In this document: positions 27,894 through 38,398 of the stretch, one piece after another | Position numbering within the stretch: position 1 is the stretch's first letter | Layout: each line of letters starts with the position of its first letter | Origin: a virus | Length of the DNA: 64,000 nt | Strand: one strand, 5' to 3' | Virus record (IMG/VR): IMGVR_UViG_3300045996_002572 | Coordinates: 10,298 to 74,297 of that record | Notes under the pieces: model-generated | What the model was told of the DNA's origin: nothing | The model's input: the letters and a program-made list of their open reading frames with translations, nothing else | Databases searched by the model: none | Position numbers and translations under genes: made by a program

Positions 27894-28612
27894 GCAATGT
27901 GGCGCGCATCAACGTGCAGTACCAGCGGGCGGGCCAGGTGCTCGACTCAGTGGCGGCCCGAGCGAGGAATCCGGCGCCGGCCCGGGCGAAGGTGCCAAAA
28001 ATCGCGCGGGCTGGCCGGCAGTCACTGATGGAGGCGGTCACCACCCGCCGCTACATCAACCGGGAGGGAGTCGCAACTGTCTGGCAGGAGCCGGCGCACC
28101 TTCAGGGCCGCCCGATCCCAGACCGCATCCGGGCAGGCGAGCAGATCATGTGGGACGCGCTCACCGGCCGAGGCCCGGGCACTGTCACCCGGATCGGATC
28201 GCGTGGCGTGGAGATCGGCGCCAACGACCTGGTGATCCGCGTGTTGGCGGCCCAGATCGGCAACCGCATCGTGTCGGGAGAGGAGTACCTCCCCTTTGTG
28301 ACCGGCCGCTTCACGGAGCGCACGACGCCGGCAAGGTCACGGTTCAGCAAGCCCTCCCTGTGGCGCACCGGACGCGCGCCGCGGCAGGGTCCGCGGCGCG
28401 CCATCTCCACGCCACCCAAAGGCTTCGACCCGCGTGCGGCGCGGCTGGCAGTTTGGTGGCTCCTCGGGCTCAGCCTGGACCTCTGGTTGAGCTACGACCA
28501 GATCCGCACCGGTCTCCTCGTGCCGCCCAAGAACATCAATGCCTGGACGCCCGGGGTGCTCACCCGGATTTCGGACACCTACGGCCGCTACATCGTCACG
28601 GGGAAGGCATGA
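27890..28612 (+). CDS. Putative neck/tail completion protein
   Basis: Position in morphogenesis operon; basic; coupled start and stop. Confidence 0.55.
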   Translation: MSNVARINVQYQRAGQVLDSVAARARNPAPARAKVPKIARAGRQSLMEAVTTRRYINREGVATVWQEPAHLQGRPIPDRIRAGEQIMWDALTGRGPGTVTRIGSRGVEIGANDLVIRVLAAQIGNRIVSGEEYLPFVTGRFTERTTPARSRFSKPSLWRTGRAPRQGPRRAISTPPKGFDPRAARLAVWWLLGLSLDLWLSYDQIRTGLLVPPKNINAWTPGVLTRISDTYGRYIVTGKA

Positions 28613-29151
28613 GGTTCCTGCAGGGTCACTTCTCCGACCGGGACCTCTCGGCCGGCGACCTCGCCCGAGAGGATCTATTCGCGGTCTTCGAGGGCGATCC
28701 GAAGATGCAGGCGATTTTCGGGCCGAACCTGCACACGACGCCGCTCATGCCCTCCACTGTGGATGGAGCTCTCCCGGACTTTTGGGTAACCAACCTGCTG
28801 ACATCAGCGGAGGACCGACCGGGTTGGGTGCAAGGCCAGATCACGCTGCACCTGGTGACGCGGTTCCCCTGGCCGACGCACGAGCCTGTGAGGCGCGGCC
28901 AGCCCGGCCTTGACACGCTCCGGGCTTACTACTGGCGCCTGATCCAGGAGCGGGCGCAGATCCTCTACCGCGAAGTGAACAGCGTCCGAATCCCCTACAC
29001 CAAGGCGCCCAAGCCGGGCGGCACCGGCTACGGCCAGATCTCTTTCGACCCCGATCAGTACCTCTTCCGCCTCGCCACTGAGGTGCGGATCGACATCGAC
29101 GTTCACGCCGAGAGCGGCAAGCCGCTGAACCTCGTCAACGCAGGCTGGTAA
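28609..29151 (+). CDS. Putative tail terminator
   Basis: Position before tail tube; size and alpha/beta pattern. Confidence 0.5.
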   Translation: MRFLQGHFSDRDLSAGDLAREDLFAVFEGDPKMQAIFGPNLHTTPLMPSTVDGALPDFWVTNLLTSAEDRPGWVQGQITLHLVTRFPWPTHEPVRRGQPGLDTLRAYYWRLIQERAQILYREVNSVRIPYTKAPKPGGTGYGQISFDPDQYLFRLATEVRIDIDVHAESGKPLNLVNAGW

Positions 29152-29160
29152 GGAGTTCCC

Positions 29161-29412
29161 ATGCTCTACACGATCAAACGCGGAGCGAGCGTGCAGGCCG
29201 GCGTGCCTGAGGTGAAGCTTGAAATCGAAGGCGGCCTGATCTTCGGCGCACCCAACACGACCGGTCACCAGGTCGAGCTGGAGCCTGATCGGGCCGCCAG
29301 CCTTGCCGCCGACGGTTGGCTCGTCGAAGCCGTCAAAACCGCGAAGAAAAAGTCCGAGCCGGAGTCTCCGGCCGAGCCGCCGGCTAAGCGCCGGGGAGGT
29401 AGCGACCGATGA
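29161..29412 (+). CDS. Hypothetical protein
   Basis: AAGGAG RBS; coupled to tail tube gene. Confidence 0.6.
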   Translation: MLYTIKRGASVQAGVPEVKLEIEGGLIFGAPNTTGHQVELEPDRAASLAADGWLVEAVKTAKKKSEPESPAEPPAKRRGGSDR

Positions 29413-30746
29413 GCCTCGGCTTCTTCCAGAACCAGACCGGCAACCCGGCGGCGGAGTTCCTGCGCCGCATGGCCGTACAGACAGACGCCGGCATTCCCGC
29501 GACTTCGGGGTGGGTGGACTTCTACAGCAACGGCGGGCCCTTCGCCATCACGCCGACGGTGATCCCGCGAGGCATCATCGGTCGGAGCGGCGAGCGCCAA
29601 GCGCCGATGCTGGGCCCTATCGAGATCGGCAACACACCGATGGACATGGGCGATCTCAATGTGGGCAAGGAACAGCTCCTCGCGATCGCGGCCTACCACC
29701 GGAAGTACACGGCCACCACGCCGACTGCTGGCGTCTACCGCTACGTCATCTCGAGCGCCGGCGCCACGGACGCCGAGACGCTTCTCTCGATCCTCACTCA
29801 CTCCGGGACCGGTAAGCCCTTCCGCTTGACCGACTGCATGCCAGCGGGCTACAGCCTCGCGGCCCAGCCGAGCCAGAACCTCCGCCTGATCGTCAACATG
29901 CTGGCGACTCGGGCCGACTTCTATGGGTTCGCCACTCAGACCGAGGGCACGGGATCCACGCTCCCGATCTTCCGAGGTCAGGTGGCGGCCTGGTCGGCCA
30001 GCGACAAGGATGTCGTCATCCTCGTGGTGGACGATACGCCTCTGTCCGTCAAGTCGAAGATCGCGGCAGCTACCACCTTCGACGGTGCCGCGATCTCCGG
30101 CACGGCGGGCGAGTGGATCCTCCTGAACGATGGAACCGCGGTCAGCATGCCGCTGGGCGGCTGGGCCGACCAGGGTTCGATCTACTGGCCGGCGAGCCCG
30201 ACGCTCGCAGCTAACGACGAGTTTCTGATCCCGGCGACTATTCCTCTCTGGACGCCGTCCTTCGCGACGGTTCAGCCACTGCCGGTGATCAACACGCGCG
30301 TGCTCATCAACGGCTCCGTGGTCAACACCGAGGGCTGGACGATCACGGCCAACAAGCCCGGCGCCGTCGTTCTGCGTGGTACCAACAAGCAGGGGTACGC
30401 AGTCCTCGACCGCGGCGAGTCGCAGATCTCGGTGCAGATTCAGCGGCGCCTCGTGGACCTGGACCTGCAGAATGCCCTGCTCCACGGTACGCCGGTCCAG
30501 ATGGTCCAGGAGTGCCGCGGCGGCCAGATCGGCTCGACCTCCTACTACTACCGGCAGGTGGCGCTCTTCCCGAAGCTCATCGCCGAGGGCGCTCTCTTCG
30601 ACACTCCGGCCGGCGGTCAGGACGACCAGGAGAACCTCACCCTGCAGGCCTACGAGTCGAGCACCAACCTCTCCTACGAGGGCAACAACTACACCAAGCC
30701 CGTCACCTGGCTGATCGACACCGACGTCGCCAGCATCGCTTCGTAA
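29409..30746 (+). CDS. Major tail tube protein
   Basis: Beta-rich; TPAGGQDDQENLTLQAY C-terminal pattern; directly before tape measure. Confidence 0.7.
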   Translation: MSLGFFQNQTGNPAAEFLRRMAVQTDAGIPATSGWVDFYSNGGPFAITPTVIPRGIIGRSGERQAPMLGPIEIGNTPMDMGDLNVGKEQLLAIAAYHRKYTATTPTAGVYRYVISSAGATDAETLLSILTHSGTGKPFRLTDCMPAGYSLAAQPSQNLRLIVNMLATRADFYGFATQTEGTGSTLPIFRGQVAAWSASDKDVVILVVDDTPLSVKSKIAAATTFDGAAISGTAGEWILLNDGTAVSMPLGGWADQGSIYWPASPTLAANDEFLIPATIPLWTPSFATVQPLPVINTRVLINGSVVNTEGWTITANKPGAVVLRGTNKQGYAVLDRGESQISVQIQRRLVDLDLQNALLHGTPVQMVQECRGGQIGSTSYYYRQVALFPKLIAEGALFDTPAGGQDDQENLTLQAYESSTNLSYEGNNYTKPVTWLIDTDVASIAS

Positions 30747-30758
30747 GGGGGATCTGTC

Positions 30759-33626
30759 CTGGGGAACAACGACCTCGTCTTCACCCTAAGGGAAGACGAC
30801 CAGGCGTCCGCCGGCATCGTTGCGGCGAATGAACGCATCCAAGACGCGGTCAAGGAGACGGCTGCGGTCTCGGATGCGGCAGCGGACGCTCAGGTCCAAC
30901 GCCTACGGGAAGAGGATGAACAGCTTGAGATAATAGCAGCACAGTACGGCATCACCGCCGAAAAGGTAGAGGAACTCGGCCGGGCGGGCAAGGTCGCCGG
31001 CGAAACCCTGGGGCAGGGGCTCGAGTCAGCCACCAATGATGCGCGCCTGCTTGCCGATGAAGCGGAGCGCGCGCGGAGGGAACTGGAGAAACTGCCTGCT
31101 GGGCCTGCTGTTCGTCCCGCGACGCCGTTCGAAACCGCGATGGTGCGGCGCGGAGACAAGCCGCTACCGCCGGTCGCATCGCCCGGCATTGATCTGCTCC
31201 CTGCAGAGGAGCGCGCCCTTTCCGGAGCGGAGACGGCGATCAAGCGCCTCGGTCGCGCTAGTTCCCAGCGCGGATTTGAGACGAGCCTGACCCTCGCCGC
31301 GGTTGCCGCCCAAGAGCTTGAGAAGGCGATCGACAAGGCCCGGCGCGCGGGCGTCTCGGATATTTCAGCGCTCGAGACGCAGAGCGATCGGCTGCGCCAA
31401 TCCATCCAGGACGGGACGGCTCAAGCCGGCACGTTCCGGGCCGCTCAAAAAGACGTTTCGGACGAGCTGAAGCGCTCCACGACCGGCGCCGGCGAATTCC
31501 AGGGTCAGCTTGGCGGGATCGACCAAATCCTCGGGCAGATCAACCCCAAGCTTGGCAACATGGCAGGGAACGCCCTCGCCGTGGGCGGCGCGCTGGCGAT
31601 CGTGCAGGGGGCGGGCCGCGAACTTGCGACCGGGGTATCCGACCTAGCCTTGAGCCTGGGCGCTACGCAGGAGTTTGCGAATAGCCTTGGCTCCAGGATT
31701 GAGACTGCCTTTAGTATCAATCCGATCAAGGTCTTCTCTGCCTCCCTAAGAGAGGCCGACTCTGCGCAAGAGAAATTCTTCGGTAACCTCGCGGAGAAGT
31801 ATGTCGAGATCACCGCGGCCGGCGACGAACTACTGAACCTTCAGCGACTGCTTGCCCGCGAGGGCTTCGAAGTAATTGGCAAGAGCGTAGAGCAGTTGCG
31901 GGGCGAGTACGAGCGCCTCCGCACGGAAGGCAAGCTTCAGGTCCAGGTTCAGCAGGATATCCACGCCGCCGGCCAAGCATTCGCAGACCAGGTGGAGGGC
32001 AACACCGAGCGGCTCAGGACTCGCAACAAAGAATTGGCCGATGGAATAGCGATCGCCGAGAAGGATGGCGAAGTCAGCTACCAGGCCGCGCGGCTCATCG
32101 TCACGGCGCTGGATGAGCAGCTCGCCGCTCTGAGGCGGAACGGCGAGGAATCGGATCCCCTGCTCGAGCGAAAGCGCGCTCAGTATGTCGCGATCGCCGA
32201 AGCTGGCGAGGCGGCGGCCAAGGCGGCTCAGGAGCTGGCGGATCGCGAAAAGCGGATCGAGGAGTCCGCCGCGGGGCTCTCCGCTGCATGGGAGGGCAAC
32301 GCCGCCAGGCTGGACGAACGTACGGAGGCGGTTCGACGCTCGGTCGCTCAGGTTGAGCAGGATGGTGTGGTCACAGCCGCGGCGGGCGCAGCGCTGCTAA
32401 AGGATATTGATGCGCAGATCAAGGCTTACGAGCTCCTCGGTCAAGAAGCTCCAGCGGATTTGCGTAGACTGGCCGGTGAGTATCGGGGCATAGAAGCTGC
32501 GGCGCGGGCAGCCGATCTGGCAGCGCAAGGCTTGTCAGAGACGAGCCGGCAGAAGCTCGGGGTTCAAACGCCAGCGGCCATCCGCGAAAACATCACCGCC
32601 CTCAAGGAATACGAGGCCGAAGTCATCCGAGGCGGAGAACTGACAAAGGAGGCCGCCGAGAAGCTGGCACAGGATTACCGCCAGCGCCTGGTCGACATCT
32701 CTCTTCTCACCGCCGCAGAGCGTGAGGCTATGGGCGAAGAGGTAGCCTTCCTGCGCGAGCGGTCGAGCTATTACGCCAAATACGCCGAAGACCGCAAGTC
32801 GTTCGCTCGCGACGCCGCCGCCGAGGAGCGCAAGCTAGCTGCAGAGGTAGCCGAGGCCGAGAAGAAGGCGCTAGAGGAGCGCGCCGAGCAGCAACAGAAA
32901 TACGTGGAGTCGCTGGCGTCGGCGCTGGAGCAAATTCGTTCCGACATTGCCGCGGCCACGCCGCCCGGACCCGACACCTCGGCCCTGCAAAAGGAACTGG
33001 TCGAGCTCCAGAAAAAACGACGGGACTCCGCCGTGCTCACGCAGGAGGAGCTGACCCGGCTTGACGAACTGGAAACTCAGTACCGCGACACAGGGGCCGC
33101 AACCAGGGATCTGACCAAGGAGATCGCCGGCCTTGGAGATGCCAACACGGAGGCGGTGGTTTCGTCGGAACGGGTCAGTACTGCCCTCAACGGCGTGGTC
33201 GATACCATCCGCAACGCGCCTGAGGCATTCCAAAAGCTGGACCAATCCTCGCGGGAGGCCCTCGGGAACATCGCCGATGGCCTGCAAGCGACAGCAGATT
33301 CCGGCCGGGCTACGCAGCAAGCGGTGGACGACGCCTTCAGCCAGATGGCGAACGTTCTTGAAGGCGCCGGGGTGGACGCTAGTTTTCTTAGGGCCGAGAT
33401 CTCGAAGGCCGGGGGCAGCGCCGAGTCATTCAGCAAGCAGCTATCTAACATTTCCAACGGCCTAGACCCCATGACGAAGAAGCTGAAGAAGCTTTCTGAC
33501 GAGGAGAAGGGCATCGCCAAAATTTCCGAGACCACGAAGGGATGGGCCACGAACATGCAGGTGGTCGCGCAGCAGAGCGCGCGCGCCCTCGGCATCATCA
33601 CGCAGATTTCCAAGGTGCAACTGTAA
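30759..33626 (+). CDS. Tape measure protein, probable CTG start
   Basis: Frame open from 30747; AAGGGGGA upstream of CTG at 30759; long Ala/Glu-rich helical protein. Confidence 0.75.
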   Translation: MGNNDLVFTLREDDQASAGIVAANERIQDAVKETAAVSDAAADAQVQRLREEDEQLEIIAAQYGITAEKVEELGRAGKVAGETLGQGLESATNDARLLADEAERARRELEKLPAGPAVRPATPFETAMVRRGDKPLPPVASPGIDLLPAEERALSGAETAIKRLGRASSQRGFETSLTLAAVAAQELEKAIDKARRAGVSDISALETQSDRLRQSIQDGTAQAGTFRAAQKDVSDELKRSTTGAGEFQGQLGGIDQILGQINPKLGNMAGNALAVGGALAIVQGAGRELATGVSDLALSLGATQEFANSLGSRIETAFSINPIKVFSASLREADSAQEKFFGNLAEKYVEITAAGDELLNLQRLLAREGFEVIGKSVEQLRGEYERLRTEGKLQVQVQQDIHAAGQAFADQVEGNTERLRTRNKELADGIAIAEKDGEVSYQAARLIVTALDEQLAALRRNGEESDPLLERKRAQYVAIAEAGEAAAKAAQELADREKRIEESAAGLSAAWEGNAARLDERTEAVRRSVAQVEQDGVVTAAAGAALLKDIDAQIKAYELLGQEAPADLRRLAGEYRGIEAAARAADLAAQGLSETSRQKLGVQTPAAIRENITALKEYEAEVIRGGELTKEAAEKLAQDYRQRLVDISLLTAAEREAMGEEVAFLRERSSYYAKYAEDRKSFARDAAAEERKLAAEVAEAEKKALEERAEQQQKYVESLASALEQIRSDIAAATPPGPDTSALQKELVELQKKRRDSAVLTQEELTRLDELETQYRDTGAATRDLTKEIAGLGDANTEAVVSSERVSTALNGVVDTIRNAPEAFQKLDQSSREALGNIADGLQATADSGRATQQAVDDAFSQMANVLEGAGVDASFLRAEISKAGGSAESFSKQLSNISNGLDPMTKKLKKLSDEEKGIAKISETTKGWATNMQVVAQQSARALGIITQISKVQL

Positions 33627-33893
33627 ATGGGGATCGTGGCGCAGTCGGCCAATTTGGCCTCCAAGATGGCCGCTTTCGCCGACGCGCTGCAGGCGAAGCT
33701 CAACGCGCAGCAGGAGCAGGAGGAGCGGGAGGAGCGCAAGCGCCGCCGTCGCCACCAAGGCCCATTCCAGGGCATGCCGCCGTGGGCCTTCGGAGGGCAC
33801 AACCCTTTCTCGGGCGTGGACTACGGCGACCTCGACAAGGATCGCCCGACGGACGAAGACCTGCTCCGCGGTGGACTGGTGAGGCTCGATTGA
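33627..33893 (+). CDS. Hypothetical tail-region protein
   Basis: Abuts tape measure stop (TAA ATG). Confidence 0.55.
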   Translation: MGIVAQSANLASKMAAFADALQAKLNAQQEQEEREERKRRRRHQGPFQGMPPWAFGGHNPFSGVDYGDLDKDRPTDEDLLRGGLVRLD

Positions 33894-33894
33894 C

Positions 33895-34416
33895 ATGGGC
33901 CTAATCGACCAACTGGAAGCGCTGAACCGCCTTGCCGAAGATGCTGTTGGGATCTCGGAGCGTCAGGCCGAGGTGGACGAGCGTCAGGTTGCCATCGCTG
34001 AACGCGGCGTTGCGGTGCTCAGGGAGGCCGCAACGATCGCGCCGGTTGTTCCTGTCGCCGGCGGCACCGGTCCGCAGCCGTTCCGGTTCGCACGCCTCGA
34101 CCCGATCTCGACCGGCGGCGGTGGCGAGGGCGGAGGCAACAGCCGCGTCGTCCCGGGAGGCCAGGCAGGGTCGGGCGGCGCCTCGCGCAGCACCGGAGGA
34201 GGCGGTGAAGGTGGCGGCAACTCGCGCATCCCGACCGGTCGTGCACAGCCGGACCCTGGCTCTCAGGCCATCGTGCGGGCGATCGGAGGGCTTCGGCAGG
34301 ACGTCACCCGAACGAGCACCGGCGTGGAGCGGGCAGTCGGTCAACTCAACCGAGATCTTCAGCGCACAGTAGGACGCCTCGGCTCCGTGGACCTTCGCGG
34401 GGAGGGCCTCGATTGA
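33895..34416 (+). CDS. Hypothetical protein with duplicated STGGGGEGGGNSR
   Basis: Operon position; internal peptide repeat. Confidence 0.6.
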   Translation: MGLIDQLEALNRLAEDAVGISERQAEVDERQVAIAERGVAVLREAATIAPVVPVAGGTGPQPFRFARLDPISTGGGGEGGGNSRVVPGGQAGSGGASRSTGGGGEGGGNSRIPTGRAQPDPGSQAIVRAIGGLRQDVTRTSTGVERAVGQLNRDLQRTVGRLGSVDLRGEGLD

Positions 34417-35069
34417 GCGGCATTGAGAGCTGGGTGACGCCGCATCTCCGAGGGGTTTACCTCGGTGGGGTGAAGCTTTACGTCTTAGAGGGCGGCTTCA
34501 GTCAGGCAAGGCCGCAGGCCGGTGGCGTCGTTCGAATGCACGGTGGCCCCGATGTAGTGCAGTACGAGTTCACCGGCGCCACGGGGCCACTCTACGTCCA
34601 GCGGCTGGAGTGGTCCGGCCTATCCTTCGACGTTTCGAGCGAGGAGGCCTACCGCGCTGTCGACCGAGCGACCCGCGCGGCCCAGACCACCTGGTTTCCT
34701 GAACTGGCGATCGAGGATGAATGGTCCGCAACAGGGGGCCAGACGCTGTTCTCGCTCTCCCGCGTGGCGGCCTACGGGGCCGTGACCGGCGTCACGCTGG
34801 CGTCGCACCCGCCGTCTGCCACGCTCAACGGCACCGCCCTGACCCGCGTCACGGGCACGCCGGGCGCCGGAGAGTTCAAGGTGTCGGCGACTGCCGGCGC
34901 TCAGTGGGGGGCGATCACTACCCCCGCGCTAACCGCCGGAGACGTGCTGCGGGTGATCTATCACCCTCTCTTCGCCGTAACCGGCGAGATGGGCGTCGAG
35001 TACCCGGTCTTCAACGGGTTGGCCGCGGACGCGTCAATGCGCGAGATCCGGGTCGGGAGGTTCGATTGA
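34413..35069 (+). CDS. Putative distal tail protein
   Basis: Beta-rich; downstream of tape measure; coupled. Confidence 0.55.
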   Translation: MSGIESWVTPHLRGVYLGGVKLYVLEGGFSQARPQAGGVVRMHGGPDVVQYEFTGATGPLYVQRLEWSGLSFDVSSEEAYRAVDRATRAAQTTWFPELAIEDEWSATGGQTLFSLSRVAAYGAVTGVTLASHPPSATLNGTALTRVTGTPGAGEFKVSATAGAQWGAITTPALTAGDVLRVIYHPLFAVTGEMGVEYPVFNGLAADASMREIRVGRFD

Positions 35070-37231
35070 TCCTCCTCGGTCGCCTCCCCGTCGTCGCTCA
35101 GGTCGTCGCTGTCTCTGGCGTGGCCGTGCTCTCGGCCTCGATCCAGGTGGTTGCCGATCCGCCCTCGCCTCTCACCCTGGAAATCCAGGTCGAACCCGGG
35201 GCCGCAGCAGCCGCGCTCGCCCAAAAGCAGTGCGTCGGCTGGTCAGCCGCTCTCGACGGCGCCTCGGTCCCCGTGATCCAGGATAGCGTCACCGTAACGC
35301 CTGGAAGCCTCGACAACCGCCTGGGCACCTGGAGCCTGGGGTTGCCCAGTCCCTCGGCGTTCGGCGATCCAGTGAGCTACAGAGGCGCCGCGCCGCCGGG
35401 TCTGCGGTCCGTTGGAATCTCGGGGATCTACAAGACGGACGCCGGAATCTTCGAGGTGCCGCTGATCACCAACGGCATCGTGGAGACCGAGAGCCGCGAG
35501 CTCAACGACAACGGCGTGCTGACGGCAACCTACTCCGGCCGTTGCGCCATCGGCCGGTACGACCGCGCGATCGGCGACCTCAGGCTCCCTCCTGGCCACG
35601 GCCTCTCGCGGGCTGAGGAAGTGCGGCGGCTCTTCGTCTCGGCGGGCATCCCGAGCACGGCACTCCCTCACGGCGGAAGCTGCATGAAGCCTCTCCAGAC
35701 GAGAGGGGAGGCGGCGATCGAGCTGGCCGAGCAGATCATGCGCGTCCCGGGCTACGTGCTCCGGATGGATCCCTTCGGCCGCATCGAGGCGCTGGTCGAC
35801 GGCTACAACCCAGGGCGCCCGGTGGACATGCAGATGTACGTGGCGGCCGGGAGCTTCCGCAGTGGCCCCGCGAACGCCGACGCCGGCACCCGCATCACCC
35901 TGACCGGCACGGGCCAGGTGACCCGCGATTCGTGCGCTCGCACGCAGAAGCCCGTCCACGAGCAGGAGACGCGCGCCACCGTTGCCCCGGTGATCCAAGG
36001 ATTTGAGCAGCAGGGCGACGGCTCGCTGACGCCGGTCACCGGCATCACCAGCGAACCCTACGAGCAGACCGTCTCGCTGGTGGTGACCTCGGGCGAGGAG
36101 GAGTGCGGCGCCGCCATCCTCGACCGTACCGTGACGTGGGGGCTCTACAACCAAGGCGCGGCAAGGTACCAGCAGGACGGCGACGGCAACCGCACGCCGC
36201 AGCAGTTCGTGTTCCTGCCGACCGATGCGGTCGAGGCGGATGACTCGCTCGGCGTGCGGGACCGCTACGAGACCTTGCAGGTGATCGGGCACGAGGAGGT
36301 CCGGCACTACTACGACGCGGAAGGCTACCTCTCGCGGCGCGTCACCCGCCGGCAGGCTCCCCGCTTCACGCAGGCCGCGCTCCAGCTCCGGTCCAGCGTC
36401 CTGGTCGATTGGGACGCAGCCGGGTACGAGCCGGATCAGTACCTGCTAGGAAATGGTGCAGGCGTCCTGGAGCCCGAGGAGTGGATGCCGATCGCCGAGC
36501 AGATCCCGGCGGGGATGGAGTCGGAGATAATCGAGGAGACCTTCCACCGCGACGGCGCCTTCCTCACCGGCACGACCTCGGCCCGCAGCACCTGGTGGCG
36601 CCCCTCGGGGCGGTTCTACCTCTACTCCGATGGGGAGTTCGGTGCGCCCGCCGCCACCTTCGGCGCCTACGAGACCGTCTACGTCAACTACCTCGCCGAC
36701 GGCAAGGGCTCGCACTACTCGGTCACCTCCACTGTCACGGGCGAGGATAAGCCTCGCATCGAGATTGACCGCGGAACCCGGGGTTACCAGCCGCCGGCGC
36801 CGCGCAAGCCCGGGCTCGAGCCGGACCCCGCGCTCTTCGACAACGAAGCCCAGGCCTCCTCTGCCCGCCCAGCGCACCGTCAAGAGGTCCAGCCGATCGA
36901 GGCCACCTACGTCAATTGGGCGCGGGAGGCGGTGGCGGGCATCCACGAGCTGCCAACACGGGCCGAGCAGTTGGCCGAGAACGAGATCGAACTGGCGGCG
37001 ATGGCGCAGCGGGAGATCCGCGAGGCTGGGGCAATCCCCGTCACCTGGGATCATCCGGTCGTGTTCCAGGCGCGGCCCGGCTGGCACGTCAAGCTCCAGG
37101 TGCCGGGCGTCAACCTGCTCGGCCACGGCTCCGGCGTGCCCTTCTCCGTCTATGTGCGCTCGGTGACGCACAAGAGCAGCAACGGCGGTCGGACGTGGAT
37201 CTCGTCGTTCACGGGGCGGGTCTATGTCTAG
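35066..37231 (+). CDS. Putative tail hub/tip protein
   Basis: TTGA-coupled; YVLRMDPFGRI, RPGWHVKL...VRSVTHK hub-like pattern. Confidence 0.6.
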   Translation: MILLGRLPVVAQVVAVSGVAVLSASIQVVADPPSPLTLEIQVEPGAAAAALAQKQCVGWSAALDGASVPVIQDSVTVTPGSLDNRLGTWSLGLPSPSAFGDPVSYRGAAPPGLRSVGISGIYKTDAGIFEVPLITNGIVETESRELNDNGVLTATYSGRCAIGRYDRAIGDLRLPPGHGLSRAEEVRRLFVSAGIPSTALPHGGSCMKPLQTRGEAAIELAEQIMRVPGYVLRMDPFGRIEALVDGYNPGRPVDMQMYVAAGSFRSGPANADAGTRITLTGTGQVTRDSCARTQKPVHEQETRATVAPVIQGFEQQGDGSLTPVTGITSEPYEQTVSLVVTSGEEECGAAILDRTVTWGLYNQGAARYQQDGDGNRTPQQFVFLPTDAVEADDSLGVRDRYETLQVIGHEEVRHYYDAEGYLSRRVTRRQAPRFTQAALQLRSSVLVDWDAAGYEPDQYLLGNGAGVLEPEEWMPIAEQIPAGMESEIIEETFHRDGAFLTGTTSARSTWWRPSGRFYLYSDGEFGAPAATFGAYETVYVNYLADGKGSHYSVTSTVTGEDKPRIEIDRGTRGYQPPAPRKPGLEPDPALFDNEAQASSARPAHRQEVQPIEATYVNWAREAVAGIHELPTRAEQLAENEIELAAMAQREIREAGAIPVTWDHPVVFQARPGWHVKLQVPGVNLLGHGSGVPFSVYVRSVTHKSSNGGRTWISSFTGRVYV

Positions 37232-38396
37232 GCTCAAAGACCTGCTCAACCGCAACGCGCAGAAGACGCGCGACCTGATCGTCGCCCGTGCCGTCGAGCC
37301 GGTCGGGGCTGGTGGTCTGTACGTGATCGAGATCATCGGCACGGGGCAGCGGGTCACGGCGCAAGCCCCGCCGGGGGTCACATGGGAGCCGGGCGCTCAG
37401 GTGCTCGCGAGCCAGGATCTGGGATACGCCGCGCACCACGTGCTCTCGGCTCCGCCCTCGGGCCAAGGCGGCGAGACGGTCTACCCGACCATCAAATACC
37501 CGCCGGCCCCTGCTCCGGTCCTGACAAAGCGCTACCTCGCCCTGTGCTGGACGCCAGACGGCGAGACGGTGACGGCAGTGCTCTACCGCGACGGCACCCA
37601 GCATTCCGACCTCGCCACCCGCGCATTCTCCTACTTCTCCCTGAGCCATCCCGAGGTGATCGGGACCGACCCGCCGTCCGTGCTCTTCGTCGAGACCGCC
37701 GAAGGTGAGCCCGTCGGCATACGGGCATGGGACACCGGTGCGGACGTGATCCACGAGTACGAGCCGGCTGGGGGCACCCTCTTCTCGGTCCCGCACTACG
37801 TAGGCGGGCACGTGTATTGGATGGAGTACCCGGAGCAAGTCGTGGCGCCGGCTGCAGCAGCGATCAACCTGATCCGCGCCCTGCCGAACCTTTCGTCGCC
37901 AACCCTGGTCGGCACCTACTCGCTCGTGGCAACGGAGGAGATCGGGCCGACCGTCACCTTCACCAACGGAGCCGACACGGCCGCCAGCTCCTCGGCCATG
38001 ACGGCCTTCCTGATTTGGGCGGCGGGAGGCGGCGGGGCTGGCGCGCCGGCGGTGCGCCTCCAGCTGGACGGCGGCAGCGGTGCGGAGGCGGCATCCAGCG
38101 CGCAAGCCTCCGGCCTCGCCGCCGAGGACCGCTCGGTGATGGCGATTTGGCACGAGGGATTCTCGTCTCTCGCAGTGCGCCTTGACGAAATCGCCGCCAC
38201 CTACTCCGTCATCTGGCCGACGGTTGTTGGCGACCCCTGGCAGAACGCGTCGATCGCGGGATCCGCCGTAGTGATCTACGGCAACGCCATCGCCGCTCGC
38301 GGTTCAGTCTTCCTTTCGACCGCTACCTCGACTTTCGAGGTCACGGCGCATCCGACCACCGCCACGGTGCCGGATTACTTCTTCGCCCTGGAGTAG
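37224..38396 (+). CDS. Tail protein
   Basis: N-terminal OB-like segment then beta-rich body; operon position. Confidence 0.55.
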   Translation: MSRLKDLLNRNAQKTRDLIVARAVEPVGAGGLYVIEIIGTGQRVTAQAPPGVTWEPGAQVLASQDLGYAAHHVLSAPPSGQGGETVYPTIKYPPAPAPVLTKRYLALCWTPDGETVTAVLYRDGTQHSDLATRAFSYFSLSHPEVIGTDPPSVLFVETAEGEPVGIRAWDTGADVIHEYEPAGGTLFSVPHYVGGHVYWMEYPEQVVAPAAAAINLIRALPNLSSPTLVGTYSLVATEEIGPTVTFTNGADTAASSSAMTAFLIWAAGGGGAGAPAVRLQLDGGSGAEAASSAQASGLAAEDRSVMAIWHEGFSSLAVRLDEIAATYSVIWPTVVGDPWQNASIAGSAVVIYGNAIAARGSVFLSTATSTFEVTAHPTTATVPDYFFALE

Positions 38397-38398
38397 AC

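Noticed and set aside
29409-30746. Contractile tail sheath
   Set aside because: No separate tube gene and no baseplate wedge genes recognised; better fits a siphoviral tube
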